Origin: a virus
Taxonomy: Duplodnaviria > Heunggongvirae > Uroviricota > Caudoviricetes
Length of the DNA: 64,000 nt
Virus record (IMG/VR): IMGVR_UViG_3300014204_000132
Reading direction: 5' to 3' (one strand)
Shown: in pieces, positions 1 through 9,481 of the stretch
Position numbering within the stretch: position 1 is the stretch's first letter
Layout of the letters: every line of letters begins with the position of its first letter
Notes under the pieces: model-generated
What the model was told of the DNA's origin: nothing
What the model saw: only the letters and a program-made list of their open reading frames with translations
Database searches by the model: none
Made by a program: the position numbers and the translations under genes

Positions 1-399
1 ATAGTTGCTACCAGTGGTTAACAATTCTAAAAACTTAACCCATGCTCCACCACTTCTTCTATACCACAAATTACCAACTGGTGATGTACCTAAACAATAT
101 AAATATCCATAAACCACAATAGTCCATTGTGCTGATTTTCCATACATATCGACTGACCTATTAGCATCAATTTGTGAAGCATTATTCACATCGTAAGAAA
201 CCGTCCCAAAATTAATATATGGTTGTGTATAACTATAATAATTACTCATACTCACTGGTAAATATGAAGGGATAGCATGTGATGATACAGTAGTAAATTG
301 TTTGGGTGATACTGAGTTTCTATCAACTTCCTGAGATATATTTCTATTTATACCTGCTGTCCCCAATAAACTTAAACTACCACTTGCTAATAGAGTCAT
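1..399 (-). CDS. hypothetical protein, partial (N-terminal 133 aa; continues beyond window start)
   Basis: Minus-strand ATG at 397-399 (MTLLASGSLSLLGTAG...) stays open to position 1. It lies co-linear with the following minus-strand genes. It is absent from the ORF track only because it is truncated. Confidence 0.35.
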   Translation of the reverse strand, partial: MTLLASGSLSLLGTAGINRNISQEVDRNSVSPKQFTTVSSHAIPSYLPVSMSNYYSYTQPYINFGTVSYDVNNASQIDANRSVDMYGKSAQWTIVVYGYLYCLGTSPVGNLWYRRSGGAWVKFLELLTTGSNY

Positions 400-416
400 A
401 AATTAATATTTTTATT

Positions 417-1175
417 TTATTGTATATATATTTTTGTTAAAACAGGTTTATTATCAAAATATTTTTCAAATACTTTTTTCCATGAATGACTAACTTCATT
501 CTTAATTATATCATCTCTATAATATTTATAATAACCGCACGATTTACAAAAGATTTTTAACAAATCTAACATAGTATCATCATCACTTGGTATGACTTTT
601 CGTCCAATATTTAATCCAAGTATTCTATCTATGTTCGCAGAAATAGCACAAGGATAAAAACCGTATAAATTTAATCCTATTCCACAATTCTGACTAATTA
701 CACAACCAGCTTCGAAGTTATCTTCTTTAAAATATGAATTATCAATAGGTGCATTATAAATATTAACAAATTCATCTAAATAAAAATCTGTTTTATAACT
801 AATATTAACAACAACGTTCGATTTTATGAAATATATTTTCAATAATTCTTTTGTTTCTATTGAAATATTATTAGTAGTTATTTCAATTAACAATTCTTTA
901 TTATGTTTTATCTTATATTGATAAATTAATTTCAGTATTTCTAAGAAATCTGGATGGAGTGTTGGTTCACCACCTAACAACCTAATTCTTCTCCAAATTT
1001 TATTATTTATTACACTGTTTTCTAAAAATTTTCTAATTTGATTTATTTCGAAAACATCATCTGAATTTATAATATCACAGGAACGATTACAATTATGACA
1101 TTTCAAATTACATTTATAAGTAATATCGATTTCAACACAGTCTAAAGAACGGTGATATATACAATCACTTTTCAT
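417..1175 (-). CDS. radical SAM domain protein
   Basis: CNLKCHNC (CxxxCxxC Fe-S/SAM motif) near the N-terminus and GGEPTLHP glycine-rich SAM motif. 252 aa. No other ORF competes in this interval. Confidence 0.6.
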   Translation of the reverse strand: MKSDCIYHRSLDCVEIDITYKCNLKCHNCNRSCDIINSDDVFEINQIRKFLENSVINNKIWRRIRLLGGEPTLHPDFLEILKLIYQYKIKHNKELLIEITTNNISIETKELLKIYFIKSNVVVNISYKTDFYLDEFVNIYNAPIDNSYFKEDNFEAGCVISQNCGIGLNLYGFYPCAISANIDRILGLNIGRKVIPSDDDTMLDLLKIFCKSCGYYKYYRDDIIKNEVSHSWKKVFEKYFDNKPVLTKIYIQ

Positions 1176-1181
1176 TATTTA

Positions 1182-1898
1182 TTATGGTTTCATATTCAAA
1201 AGTAAACTATATAAGTCTTTATTAAAAATACTCATATCTACATAAGCTTTAAGGTTATTACTATAACCATACGTTTGATTAAATAACATTGGGCAAGCAA
1301 AAAAGGTCTTTATATTTGGTTGTTGTTGATAATAATTACATGACCATTTATCCATATCATCCATAATATGATTTTCTATGACTTCAATATTTGAAAATCT
1401 ATCTATAAATGTATCAAAAGTTGTATTTTTATAAGCTACGGCATGTCTTAATGTAATTCTACCACCATTCAATTTGACCAAATTATTACTATATTTTATA
1501 TAATGATTTTTATTCATATATTCTTCCACTGTTGTAATTTCTTCATCATTTTTAAACCATTCAACTCTATGAGGTATACCGCCCAGATAAAACATATCCC
1601 ATTCTGGGTCTATTTCATTAACACAATTTTCCATCTTAGTTAAAACATCACCATCTGGTTCAATATCATCTTCTAATATCAATATTTTATTATAATTATT
1701 AGATTTTGCATCTAAAAATATATTAACACTTGATTTATTACAACCTATATATGAATTTTCATTAGTAACACCGCTTACAAACTGCACTAAATTCAAAATA
1801 TTTAATTCAGTAAAAAGAGTAGTCATATTTTCTTTTCTTTGGGTATCATCCACAAGATTTATACAATAAATTTTATCGAAGTAATTAAATGCATTCAT
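1182..1898 (-). CDS. glycosyltransferase family 25-like protein
   Basis: N-terminus KIYCINLVDDTQRKENM...FVSGV matches the GT25 (LPS glycosyltransferase) start pattern i-Y-v-I-N-L...R...f-A-v-dG. 238 aa. Confidence 0.45.
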   Translation of the reverse strand: MNAFNYFDKIYCINLVDDTQRKENMTTLFTELNILNLVQFVSGVTNENSYIGCNKSSVNIFLDAKSNNYNKILILEDDIEPDGDVLTKMENCVNEIDPEWDMFYLGGIPHRVEWFKNDEEITTVEEYMNKNHYIKYSNNLVKLNGGRITLRHAVAYKNTTFDTFIDRFSNIEVIENHIMDDMDKWSCNYYQQQPNIKTFFACPMLFNQTYGYSNNLKAYVDMSIFNKDLYSLLLNMKP

Positions 1899-1914
1899 AA
1901 TTTATATTTTTATT

Positions 1915-3423
1915 TTAAACGTTACCTATTATAATGAACCTGTTTGACAATGTGCCACCATATACATATCCAATTGTAAATTCAGCAGATTTAACACCTC
2001 CTGTAAAACCTGGTATATTATATGTTTTTAAAACAGTATTTGCTGTATTTCTAAAATTAATAGTAAGACTATCACTTGACCAACCATTTGAGTTTATATT
2101 AACCAATAATATTGAAGATAAAGTAGTTGTTGAAGACTCAAAACTGTCTAACTCAACATTATATATAACATCTACATGAGAATTTTGTATCTCAATGTTT
2201 GCACAAATATAATAATATGTTCTACTTATTATTTGTTCAGTAGTAACATCAGCTCCAGTGGTGAAAGAATATATTACTTGATTTTTTACAACATTTGTAT
2301 TGACTGGAAATGTCATAACACCAGTAAAATTTGAAGTTGTACAATTTAATGTGGTGATATTTGATGTTGTAGAATTCATTGTGGTAAAAGATTTAGTACC
2401 TGTTATAGATTGGGTTGAACCAGTTGTTACATAATCAGTGGGTCTTTCTAATGAAATCCAACCACCACTATAACCCTGAAAATTTGCACCATTATATCTA
2501 ATAGCACCATTAACAGTTGGAGTTGTACTACTATTAACTAATGCAATTGCTGGCATATACACAACGTTGTTATATGTTGTTGCTGCATATCCAGACATAC
2601 CTATAATAGATACATAAGATAAACTGGATGCGATTGATGAATTATAAGATGCTATTATCGAATCACATATACCAGCAGTATTAATAGTGTTAGTATTACC
2701 ACCAATTATTACACTATTTTGTGAAGTATTATTTATTGTATTAGAAATACCAACAAATATACCATTATTACTAACACCGTTAATAGTATTTAATCTACCA
2801 CCTATGATAGCTGAAGCTGTACTAATACCAATAAGATTATCAACACCGCCAATTATTACACTGTTAGAACCTGCAATATCAGATGTTCTGGTACTTGTCG
2901 ATGAAATATTAACAGATGCAGAGGCACTTGCAATAACAAGATATGAAGCTGAACCTATACCACCAGTCATACTGGCTTCACCAGCAGCCGTAGTATATTC
3001 ACCTTGGGAATGTGCATATTCAGCACTTGCAGTTGTTTTATATCCTTCGGCATGAGCATAATCGGCAGATGATGTTACAATTGTTTCCCTACCTTCGGCA
3101 TGAGCATAATCGGATAATGGTTGAACATTTAATCCATTTGCTAAATAATACGTGCCGGGCGTACCAACAATAGTACCCACAACAATAGAATCACCAGTAA
3201 TATCACCACCTACATCAATAGATATAGTTTTACTTTCACCCGTTGAATCAACATATTTAATATTTCCAGTTTCACTATCAATACCAAACAGAATATAACC
3301 TGCTTCTGGAATAGATAATTGACTGAATTTCGTTTCTTTTAATAATATTGCCATAAAGCACAAATTGATTTTAATGTATATATTATTTTTTATATTAAAT
3401 AAAATAATTATTTTTGTAACCAA
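1915..3423 (-). CDS. tail fibre-like protein with AHAEG and SxxxIIGG repeats
   Basis: Repeats DYAHAEGxxT(x3) and IIGG..NTI units, typical of phage fibre/receptor-binding proteins. The true start is probably the internal Met at 3354 (MAILLKETKF); the upstream extension is low-complexity. Confidence 0.55.
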   Translation of the reverse strand: MVTKIIILFNIKNNIYIKINLCFMAILLKETKFSQLSIPEAGYILFGIDSETGNIKYVDSTGESKTISIDVGGDITGDSIVVGTIVGTPGTYYLANGLNVQPLSDYAHAEGRETIVTSSADYAHAEGYKTTASAEYAHSQGEYTTAAGEASMTGGIGSASYLVIASASASVNISSTSTRTSDIAGSNSVIIGGVDNLIGISTASAIIGGRLNTINGVSNNGIFVGISNTINNTSQNSVIIGGNTNTINTAGICDSIIASYNSSIASSLSYVSIIGMSGYAATTYNNVVYMPAIALVNSSTTPTVNGAIRYNGANFQGYSGGWISLERPTDYVTTGSTQSITGTKSFTTMNSTTSNITTLNCTTSNFTGVMTFPVNTNVVKNQVIYSFTTGADVTTEQIISRTYYYICANIEIQNSHVDVIYNVELDSFESSTTTLSSILLVNINSNGWSSDSLTINFRNTANTVLKTYNIPGFTGGVKSAEFTIGYVYGGTLSNRFIIIGNV

Positions 3424-3440
3424 ACTAATTTAAAACTCGT

Positions 3441-4157
3441 ATGAAAATTTTCCAAAAAAACAGAGGTTTAATGAATTCATTTATTACTGGTTTAGTAATA
3501 TTTATAGGGTTCATTTTCCTTAGTTCTATATCGAATGATGTACAATACATTAAAGTAGAAGTACCAGTCGATAGACCTGTACCTGTTGAAGTGAATATTT
3601 TAAATGCTCAAAAATTTATTCACGAATTGAGTTTATTTGAATCAGCTACAAATTACGCTGCAAGACGACCAAATTTTATAATAGATGGTGATACTCTGTG
3701 GTCTCAATATTGGGGTAGATACCAGTTTGGTGAAGCTTGTAGAATGTGTTTAGATATCGACCACATATCATGGGAAGATTTTAAAAATAATCCAGAACTT
3801 CAAGATGCTGCAATGATTTATTACATTGCTATTCTTAATAGTCGATTTGAACACTATATGGAGAAGGAAGATACCGTAACCAGAATTAGGAATATTTTTA
3901 ACGAATATTCTAATAAAGTTATAAGAACTCATTATATAACAAATAGCGGACTTGTTGCAATGGCTCACAATATTGGTATTTCAACAGTGGTTGAGTTTTT
4001 AGATTCTGGTTGTAAAACAGTACCAAAAGATGGGTTTGATACGGAATCAGCAAATTATTTAGCATTATCAAATTTTGATTTAAATGTACCAATAGATAAA
4101 GCTAAATATAATCTGGATAAAATTCTGAAAAAATATAATCTTCAGAAAAAAATATAA
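3441..4157 (+). CDS. membrane-anchored hypothetical protein
   Basis: N-terminal hydrophobic segment LVIFIGFIFLSSI. Its stop overlaps the next start (TAATG at 4155-4159). Confidence 0.5.
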   Translation: MKIFQKNRGLMNSFITGLVIFIGFIFLSSISNDVQYIKVEVPVDRPVPVEVNILNAQKFIHELSLFESATNYAARRPNFIIDGDTLWSQYWGRYQFGEACRMCLDIDHISWEDFKNNPELQDAAMIYYIAILNSRFEHYMEKEDTVTRIRNIFNEYSNKVIRTHYITNSGLVAMAHNIGISTVVEFLDSGCKTVPKDGFDTESANYLALSNFDLNVPIDKAKYNLDKILKKYNLQKKI

Positions 4158-4396
4158 TGGATAAATATATAGACGAATTATATAAACTGGACTTTACTTG
4201 TGAAAGTCCAGTTTCTTTTGTTTTAAAAGTTAATGGCGAAAGGGAAATGTTTGTTGAAACAAACACTCGTTTCAATTCATTGTGGGTTAGAATGTCACAA
4301 GGCCAATATAGAATGATTAAAAAGGTAGAAAAAATAGAAGATTTAATACCTTTTATCAAAAATGAAGTCAGAGCATTAAAAATCAGAAATCTCTAA
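4157..4396 (+). CDS. hypothetical small protein
   Basis: Translationally coupled to the upstream gene. Ends ...EVRALKIRNL, a weak version of the shared C-terminal tail. Confidence 0.4.
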   Translation: MDKYIDELYKLDFTCESPVSFVLKVNGEREMFVETNTRFNSLWVRMSQGQYRMIKKVEKIEDLIPFIKNEVRALKIRNL

Positions 4397-4729
4397 TATT
4401 TTTAATCTTCTCAAAATCTGTTTTATATTTCGATTGATTTCAGGTTTATCCCTTGTTATATTATCCAAATTGTTTAATAATTTAACATTCTTATTTTGCT
4501 CATCTAATATTTTGTTTAATTCTTTTTTTGTTATAGCAACATTTGGATATATTACAGTTACTTCATATTTTTCAGATGGTATAACAATCATTTTAAATTC
4601 AGTATTATCAGTATTATCATTTAAATCGACCAGTATTTTTTCTAAATAATACTTTAGAACTTCTTGGGTTTGACTCGCAGAAATACCTACGGGATATGTA
4701 CACTTTAATATAACTAATTTTTTATTCAT
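4376..4729 (-). CDS. hypothetical small protein with shared C-terminal tail (RRLKILEISDF)
   Basis: 117 aa. The C-terminus matches the R-[KR]-L-K-I motif family. Confidence 0.45.
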   Translation of the reverse strand: MNKKLVILKCTYPVGISASQTQEVLKYYLEKILVDLNDNTDNTEFKMIVIPSEKYEVTVIYPNVAITKKELNKILDEQNKNVKLLNNLDNITRDKPEINRNIKQILRRLKILEISDF

Positions 4730-5021
4730 AGAGCGAATCTATTTTATTTTTTCTCTTATTTTGAATAAAAATTTTATATAGTTCATGTAATGTAATATAT
4801 TTAGGGTTTTTATTTCCTACTAATTCGAAAATAACACCAGAATTTTCTATTAATTCAAATTTATCCATATCAATTTTAAATAATTTAAATGATATTATTG
4901 GTTCAAAAACCATCATATCAATAATATAATACTCATTAATAATATGAACTACAACAGGTCTATACGGAGATTCGTGATTTATATGTTTAATTAATTCTTT
5001 ATAGTGAAGACAATCTTTCAT
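4722..5021 (-). CDS. hypothetical small protein with C-terminal RKNKIDSLYE
   Basis: 99 aa. Its C-terminus is near-identical to that of 8085..8573 (RKEKIDSLYD). Confidence 0.45.
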   Translation of the reverse strand: MKDCLHYKELIKHINHESPYRPVVVHIINEYYIIDMMVFEPIISFKLFKIDMDKFELIENSGVIFELVGNKNPKYITLHELYKIFIQNKRKNKIDSLYE

Positions 5022-5690
5022 TTATACTATATTTAAAGCTGATAATATGGGTTTATATTTTATTTTCAATAATATTACCTTATCTGGATTGTATTCAGAT
5101 ATTTGATTCCAAAATCTTCTAAACCATTTTTTATTATTTGTGCTGTAATAATATTGTAGTTTACTTTCTAATTCTTCAAAAGAAAAAGATTTATATGCGT
5201 ATTCCTTTCTTTTTGACTTAGTTTTTATGATTTTTATACCAACACCACCAAGTATAGACTTATAATCGAGAAAAGATAAATCATTATTATCAAAAAATTC
5301 TTTTAATCTATTAAAATGGTCAAATATTATTTTTCTAAACCAATAATCTCTAAAATCCCGTTCAACTGTATAATATCCGATAATATGATTATAAGACATA
5401 AAATCTTCTTCTCGATTGAACATCATTTTTTGTTCTTTGTATAATTCATCATCTACTATTTTAAATAATAATTCATCATTTGATTTCTTATTTTTTTTAA
5501 GTGTATCAATTTTCAAATTAGTCGATGATTTTTCTACAATCAAATTCGTAAGTGAAACTGTATTAACTTCTGTTTCTACTTTTTGTGAATTATAAAATTC
5601 TTTCTTCAAATCCAGAATTCTATTATCAAATTCTTCCTGTAAATTTCTAAGTTTTTTCAGGAACATTTTTTCAGTTTCAATATTTATCAT
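5022..5690 (-). CDS. hypothetical protein
   Basis: 222-aa ORF with a 4-nt overlap with the downstream gene. No recognisable motif. Confidence 0.5.
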   Translation of the reverse strand: MINIETEKMFLKKLRNLQEEFDNRILDLKKEFYNSQKVETEVNTVSLTNLIVEKSSTNLKIDTLKKNKKSNDELLFKIVDDELYKEQKMMFNREEDFMSYNHIIGYYTVERDFRDYWFRKIIFDHFNRLKEFFDNNDLSFLDYKSILGGVGIKIIKTKSKRKEYAYKSFSFEELESKLQYYYSTNNKKWFRRFWNQISEYNPDKVILLKIKYKPILSALNIV

Positions 5691-6300
5691 AAAGCAACAT
5701 ATAAACGGTTCATGTTTAAAACAACCTCATCTATAATTCGGTCTAAATTTTCAATTGGTGGTTTATTTTCAAATATTAAATCAAATCCATCATAATTATC
5801 GAGTTCAATTTCTGATGCATGATTCATATCTCTCTGGTCATTTTCTCTTAGAGATGTTGGGTCACCATTCAACCTGATTAATAAACCACCCATTTTTTTG
5901 ATATAATCAGCCTCGTTTTTAAATCTAACATCCGAAACAACCCAATTATCAACTTCAGGGTGATACTTTGAAAACAATGATAAAACCCACGCATCATGAT
6001 GAAGATTATTTCTAATAGCTTCAGTGCCTATTTTTTGCTGCATTTCACCAACTGTCATCCCCCACTCAGGTAAAAATTTTAGTTTACCTTCTCTGGACAT
6101 AGCTTCTTCCATAGATATACCAGTTAAATAAGATACGATATATTTTAAATCGTATGCAAATTTTTTGTTTTCAAATTTAATCCCTTGTTTTTCGTAATAC
6201 TGAATAATTCTTTCAGAAAATGCATCTTTTCCATTTAACCCGACCCTATCTTACCAGAAATCCCGATTAGATAGGGTCGTTTTTTAATTGTTTTATTCAT
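5687..6300 (-). CDS. deoxynucleoside monophosphate kinase (T4 gp1-like), apparently frameshifted
   Basis: The C-terminal part (5687..6112 plus in-frame upstream extension to 6253) reads ...GLNGKDAFSERIIQYYEKQG...WVVSDVRFKNEADYIKKMGGLLIR (dNMP kinase-like). The N-terminal piece 6235..6300 reads MNKTIKKRPYLIGISGKIGSG* in another frame. A 1-nt change in the ggtt/aaa run at 6234-6241 would fuse them into the GxxxxGKD P-loop. Confidence 0.55.
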
Positions 6301-6360
6301 TTTATTTTATTTTATTTTTTAATATTTAATAAATATTATAAATGATATAAATTTTAATTA

Positions 6361-7086
6361 TTAATAATATTTCCATATATAACCTTTTGCTGTTTTTGTT
6401 TTATTATTGCAACAATTTCTTATAGTTTCAGAATCACAATTATATTTTTCAGATGCAACTCTACAATTTTGATATTTATCAATAAAATTACCATCAATAT
6501 CATATTGTGCTACACATTTACTTCTATTACTAATATCAATATTTAAACCTTTATTCCAAGGTATATTACCTTTTTTAAATGTTCCTGAATTAGGTTTATT
6601 ACTTTTATATTTTGAAGTACATTTTTGACTACAAAATTTTCTATTCGTGTTGGGTGATGCAGTAAATTTTTTTCCACACATTTCACAGATAAATTCATTA
6701 GCTTTATCATAATTCCAAGGTATATTACCTTTTTTAAATGATGTTTGATTACCATATGTTAAACCATCACCACCACAAGTATGATTAACTAAATCAAAAC
6801 CCCAACTATTCATTAATTGAATCCAAAATTTTTCCCAGAATTTCCATTCTAAAACAGATACTTCATCAATTATTTCAAATAATGGTTTTATTTTTTCCCT
6901 TTTTAATAATTCTATCCAATTTGTTTTATGTGTTTTTTCATTGTGTTTACGATTCATATGATTTTTTAATCTCATATTTGGATTATTTGTCTTACCCACA
7001 TACCTAACTAAATTATTACGAGGGTCACTGAGAGTGTAAATATATACTGTTTTCACACTAATTTTACCACTCACACCTATTAACAT
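6361..7086 (-). CDS. GIY-YIG homing endonuclease (Seg-like)
   Basis: VYIYTLSDPRNNLVRYVGKTNN...RLKNH GIY-YIG motif. The C-terminus carries a repeated GNIPWN module and Cys-rich zinc-finger-like DNA-binding modules. Confidence 0.75.
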   Translation of the reverse strand: MLIGVSGKISVKTVYIYTLSDPRNNLVRYVGKTNNPNMRLKNHMNRKHNEKTHKTNWIELLKREKIKPLFEIIDEVSVLEWKFWEKFWIQLMNSWGFDLVNHTCGGDGLTYGNQTSFKKGNIPWNYDKANEFICEMCGKKFTASPNTNRKFCSQKCTSKYKSNKPNSGTFKKGNIPWNKGLNIDISNRSKCVAQYDIDGNFIDKYQNCRVASEKYNCDSETIRNCCNNKTKTAKGYIWKYY

Positions 7087-7088
7087 TT

Positions 7089-7601
7089 TTATTTAATCAT
7101 TTTTTCTCCAATAATTTTCTTATTCACTGATAAGAAAATTGGATTATACCTATAATCATTGGTTATATCATTTTTAAACCAAGGGTCAGGTATATAACTT
7201 TGAATTGATATCATATCACTACGATATTCCACGACCATTATATCTTCATAAAGATTTTCATACTTAATTAACGAGATAAGATTGTTTTTAGAGTCATTTA
7301 AGGTATATTGGGTATAATGTATCACTTTGGGTTTTGAAACCGCATACATAACCTCAAATTCACTCTGAGATATGTTTATTCTTATTTGATTCCTTTTTAT
7401 AGTACCAATATCTTTAATATTCAATGAAAAATCTGTTTCATCAACACACTCGGCATACGTTTCAAGACTATCACTTTCCTTATTTAGGAAAGCAAGCATA
7501 TATTTTTTAAAGGGGAAAACATTTAGATTTAAGCTGGACGGTAAAACACTAACATAAAACCTTTTACAGTATTCAATACTTAAACAAGACAAATCTGTCA
7601 T
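7089..7601 (-). CDS. hypothetical protein
   Basis: 170-aa ORF, tightly packed with its neighbours. Confidence 0.45.
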   Translation of the reverse strand: MTDLSCLSIEYCKRFYVSVLPSSLNLNVFPFKKYMLAFLNKESDSLETYAECVDETDFSLNIKDIGTIKRNQIRINISQSEFEVMYAVSKPKVIHYTQYTLNDSKNNLISLIKYENLYEDIMVVEYRSDMISIQSYIPDPWFKNDITNDYRYNPIFLSVNKKIIGEKMIK

Positions 7602-7668
7602 AATGTTTTTATTTTCTTATATTCCTTAATACAATTTTTGTTTAAAAAATATTTGAAAATAAAATGTT

Positions 7669-7872
7669 TTATTTTAAAATTTTTTCAATTTTAATTTTCC
7701 GAATTTCATTTATACTATTTGTGTAACATGTGAGAAATTCAACAATAGCTATTTGTATGACATTTTTACAACCATCTTCGACTAAATAAACATCATTTCC
7801 ATCGCATTTAACATAGTGATATTGTTTGTATGTATGTCTATTATAAAATATATTATAATTACTCATCATCAC
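7669..7872 (-). CDS. small protein with shared C-terminal tail (EIRKIKIEKILK)
   Basis: 67 aa. Overlaps the upstream paralogue by 14 nt. Confidence 0.45.
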   Translation of the reverse strand: MMMSNYNIFYNRHTYKQYHYVKCDGNDVYLVEDGCKNVIQIAIVEFLTCYTNSINEIRKIKIEKILK

Positions 7873-8092
7873 CCAAAATCTGTTTTATTTTCAATCTCCG
7901 TATTTCATTTTTATCTGCTGTGAATCTCTCATAAAAATTTGGAACACTGAAATATTTTTTCTTACTTGTCCCAACTGGTCTTAAAGTTGCCTGATGTTTA
8001 TTTATAGATAAAACATAATATTCTCTTTCTGTATGTGTATCATATATAATTTTATTAGAATCTATTAAAAAATAAACTGATTGGTTAATCAT
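7859..8092 (-). CDS. small protein with shared C-terminal tail (EIRRLKIKQILGDDE)
   Basis: 77 aa. The C-terminus matches the tail of 51962..52264 (RKLKIKDILGDE). Confidence 0.45.
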   Translation of the reverse strand: MINQSVYFLIDSNKIIYDTHTEREYYVLSINKHQATLRPVGTSKKKYFSVPNFYERFTADKNEIRRLKIKQILGDDE

Positions 8093-8573
8093 ATAAACTA
8101 TCTATTTTTTCTTTCCGAGAAGAAATTTTTTCAAATTCTTCATAAGTTTTTAAAGTCAAATTATAATTATCTGTTTTTGCATATATAATTATTATAGTTC
8201 TAATTGACATTAACGATTTTTCAAACTCTGATTTTAGTTTATCAGAGCCATTGATAGATAATTCAATTAATTTTTTATATATGTCACCGTTTAATTTTTT
8301 ATATATGTCACCGTAAATATCATTAATACTTTTCAGTTCATTTGCCAGATATTTTGCATATTTTTTTAAATATGTTTGATTTGTTGAATCAATGATAAAA
8401 TTAGAAATCATTTTAGGTGTAACATTAAGATGACCTGATATAATTTCACGATGTATGACTTTTTTATCACACCAAATTTCAACACAGTCCCCACCATCAC
8501 CATCACAATTATTTCTAAGAGTCCAACCATATTTTTTGTTATTTATCGTTATTTCTCTGAATTTCTTTTTCAT
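8085..8573 (-). CDS. hypothetical protein with internal 8-aa tandem duplication
   Basis: 162 aa. NGDIYKKL is repeated twice (24-bp tandem duplication at 8271-8318). C-terminus RKEKIDSLYD. Confidence 0.5.
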   Translation of the reverse strand: MKKKFREITINNKKYGWTLRNNCDGDGGDCVEIWCDKKVIHREIISGHLNVTPKMISNFIIDSTNQTYLKKYAKYLANELKSINDIYGDIYKKLNGDIYKKLIELSINGSDKLKSEFEKSLMSIRTIIIIYAKTDNYNLTLKTYEEFEKISSRKEKIDSLYD

Positions 8574-9481
8574 AATAAATATTTATCTGATTTATTATAT
8601 TTTTCCAATAACCTTATTGCAGAACTACTAATATGTTCATATTCTTTATCACAAAATATAGAAACAACCTTGATATTAGGTTTTAAATCCTGAAGAAACC
8701 TATACTGTGTTAATTCATATTGCAGGTCTGTAATGTTTCGCAATCCCCTGATTAAAGTAACATCATATTCAAGGGTGTCAAGAAAATCCGTCAACAACCC
8801 ATCATAAAATTCTACTTGTCTGGATTTTATTATTTCTGGTAATTCAATTAAAACATTATTTTTTTCAGTGTTAATACCCCTTGCAATAATTACTTTATCA
8901 AATATTTTTTCCGCTTTTTCTAAAATATTCAAATGTCCTCGGTGAAAAGGCGAAAACGTACCTGCATAAACAGCAATATTTGGCTTTTTATATTTAATAT
9001 AATCTAAAAACTCTGGTTTCAAATTATAATTTTCAAGAATTTTAAGTCGGTGTTCTTTATATTTTTTGTAATCGATAAATTGATATTCTTTGAATATTGC
9101 ATCTTCAAATTTAATGAATGTTTCAATATCTGAATATAATACATCCAAGTCCAATCTACATAGTAACGTAGACAAATAACTATTTGGAACATGGTCTTTA
9201 GTATCCAAAATAGCATATTTTATTTCATCATTCTCTACATATAGCCTAAATAATTCGGCTGATTTTTCTTCATTATCCTTGTTTTTAGGATTATAAATTA
9301 TATCATGAAATATAATAGCTAATAATAATTCATCTGATAATATACCTTGTTCTTGGGCTTTTAATAACATATATTCAATATGATTCCAGTTATGATAAAA
9401 TCGGTGAGGTTCATCATATCGAAGAAGTTCATTTGGATTGATATTAAACTTCTTAAAAACTTCCAATACTAATTCTTTCAT
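8570..9481 (-). CDS. HD phosphohydrolase / cytidylyltransferase-family nucleotidyltransferase fusion
   Basis: N-terminal HD motif (HNWNHIEY...FHDIIY) and C-terminal AVYAGTFSPFHRGHLNILEKA (HxGH nucleotidyltransferase motif, PPAT/NMNAT-like). Confidence 0.65.
   Translation of the reverse strand: MKELVLEVFKKFNINPNELLRYDEPHRFYHNWNHIEYMLLKAQEQGILSDELLLAIIFHDIIYNPKNKDNEEKSAELFRLYVENDEIKYAILDTKDHVPNSYLSTLLCRLDLDVLYSDIETFIKFEDAIFKEYQFIDYKKYKEHRLKILENYNLKPEFLDYIKYKKPNIAVYAGTFSPFHRGHLNILEKAEKIFDKVIIARGINTEKNNVLIELPEIIKSRQVEFYDGLLTDFLDTLEYDVTLIRGLRNITDLQYELTQYRFLQDLKPNIKVVSIFCDKEYEHISSSAIRLLEKYNKSDKYLL

Noticed and set aside
1934-3055. Plus-strand ORFs 1934..2179 and 2687..3055 inside the tail-fibre-like gene
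   Set aside because: Antisense to a long, motif-rich ORF. Their composition (P/L/I-rich) is typical of reverse-frame artefacts.
3768-4359. Minus-strand ORFs 3768..3968 and 4102..4359
   Set aside because: They overlap better-supported plus-strand genes (3441..4157 and 4157..4396, which are translationally coupled). Their sequences are low-complexity.
6230-6245. Programmed -1 ribosomal frameshift in the dNMP kinase gene
   Set aside because: There is no canonical slippery heptamer. The hairpin lies upstream rather than downstream of the shift site. A 1-nt homopolymer error or a pseudogene is more parsimonious.
6543-6755. ORF 6543..6755 nested in the GIY-YIG gene
   Set aside because: Same strand, different frame, inside a gene that has clear GIY-YIG and zinc-finger motifs.
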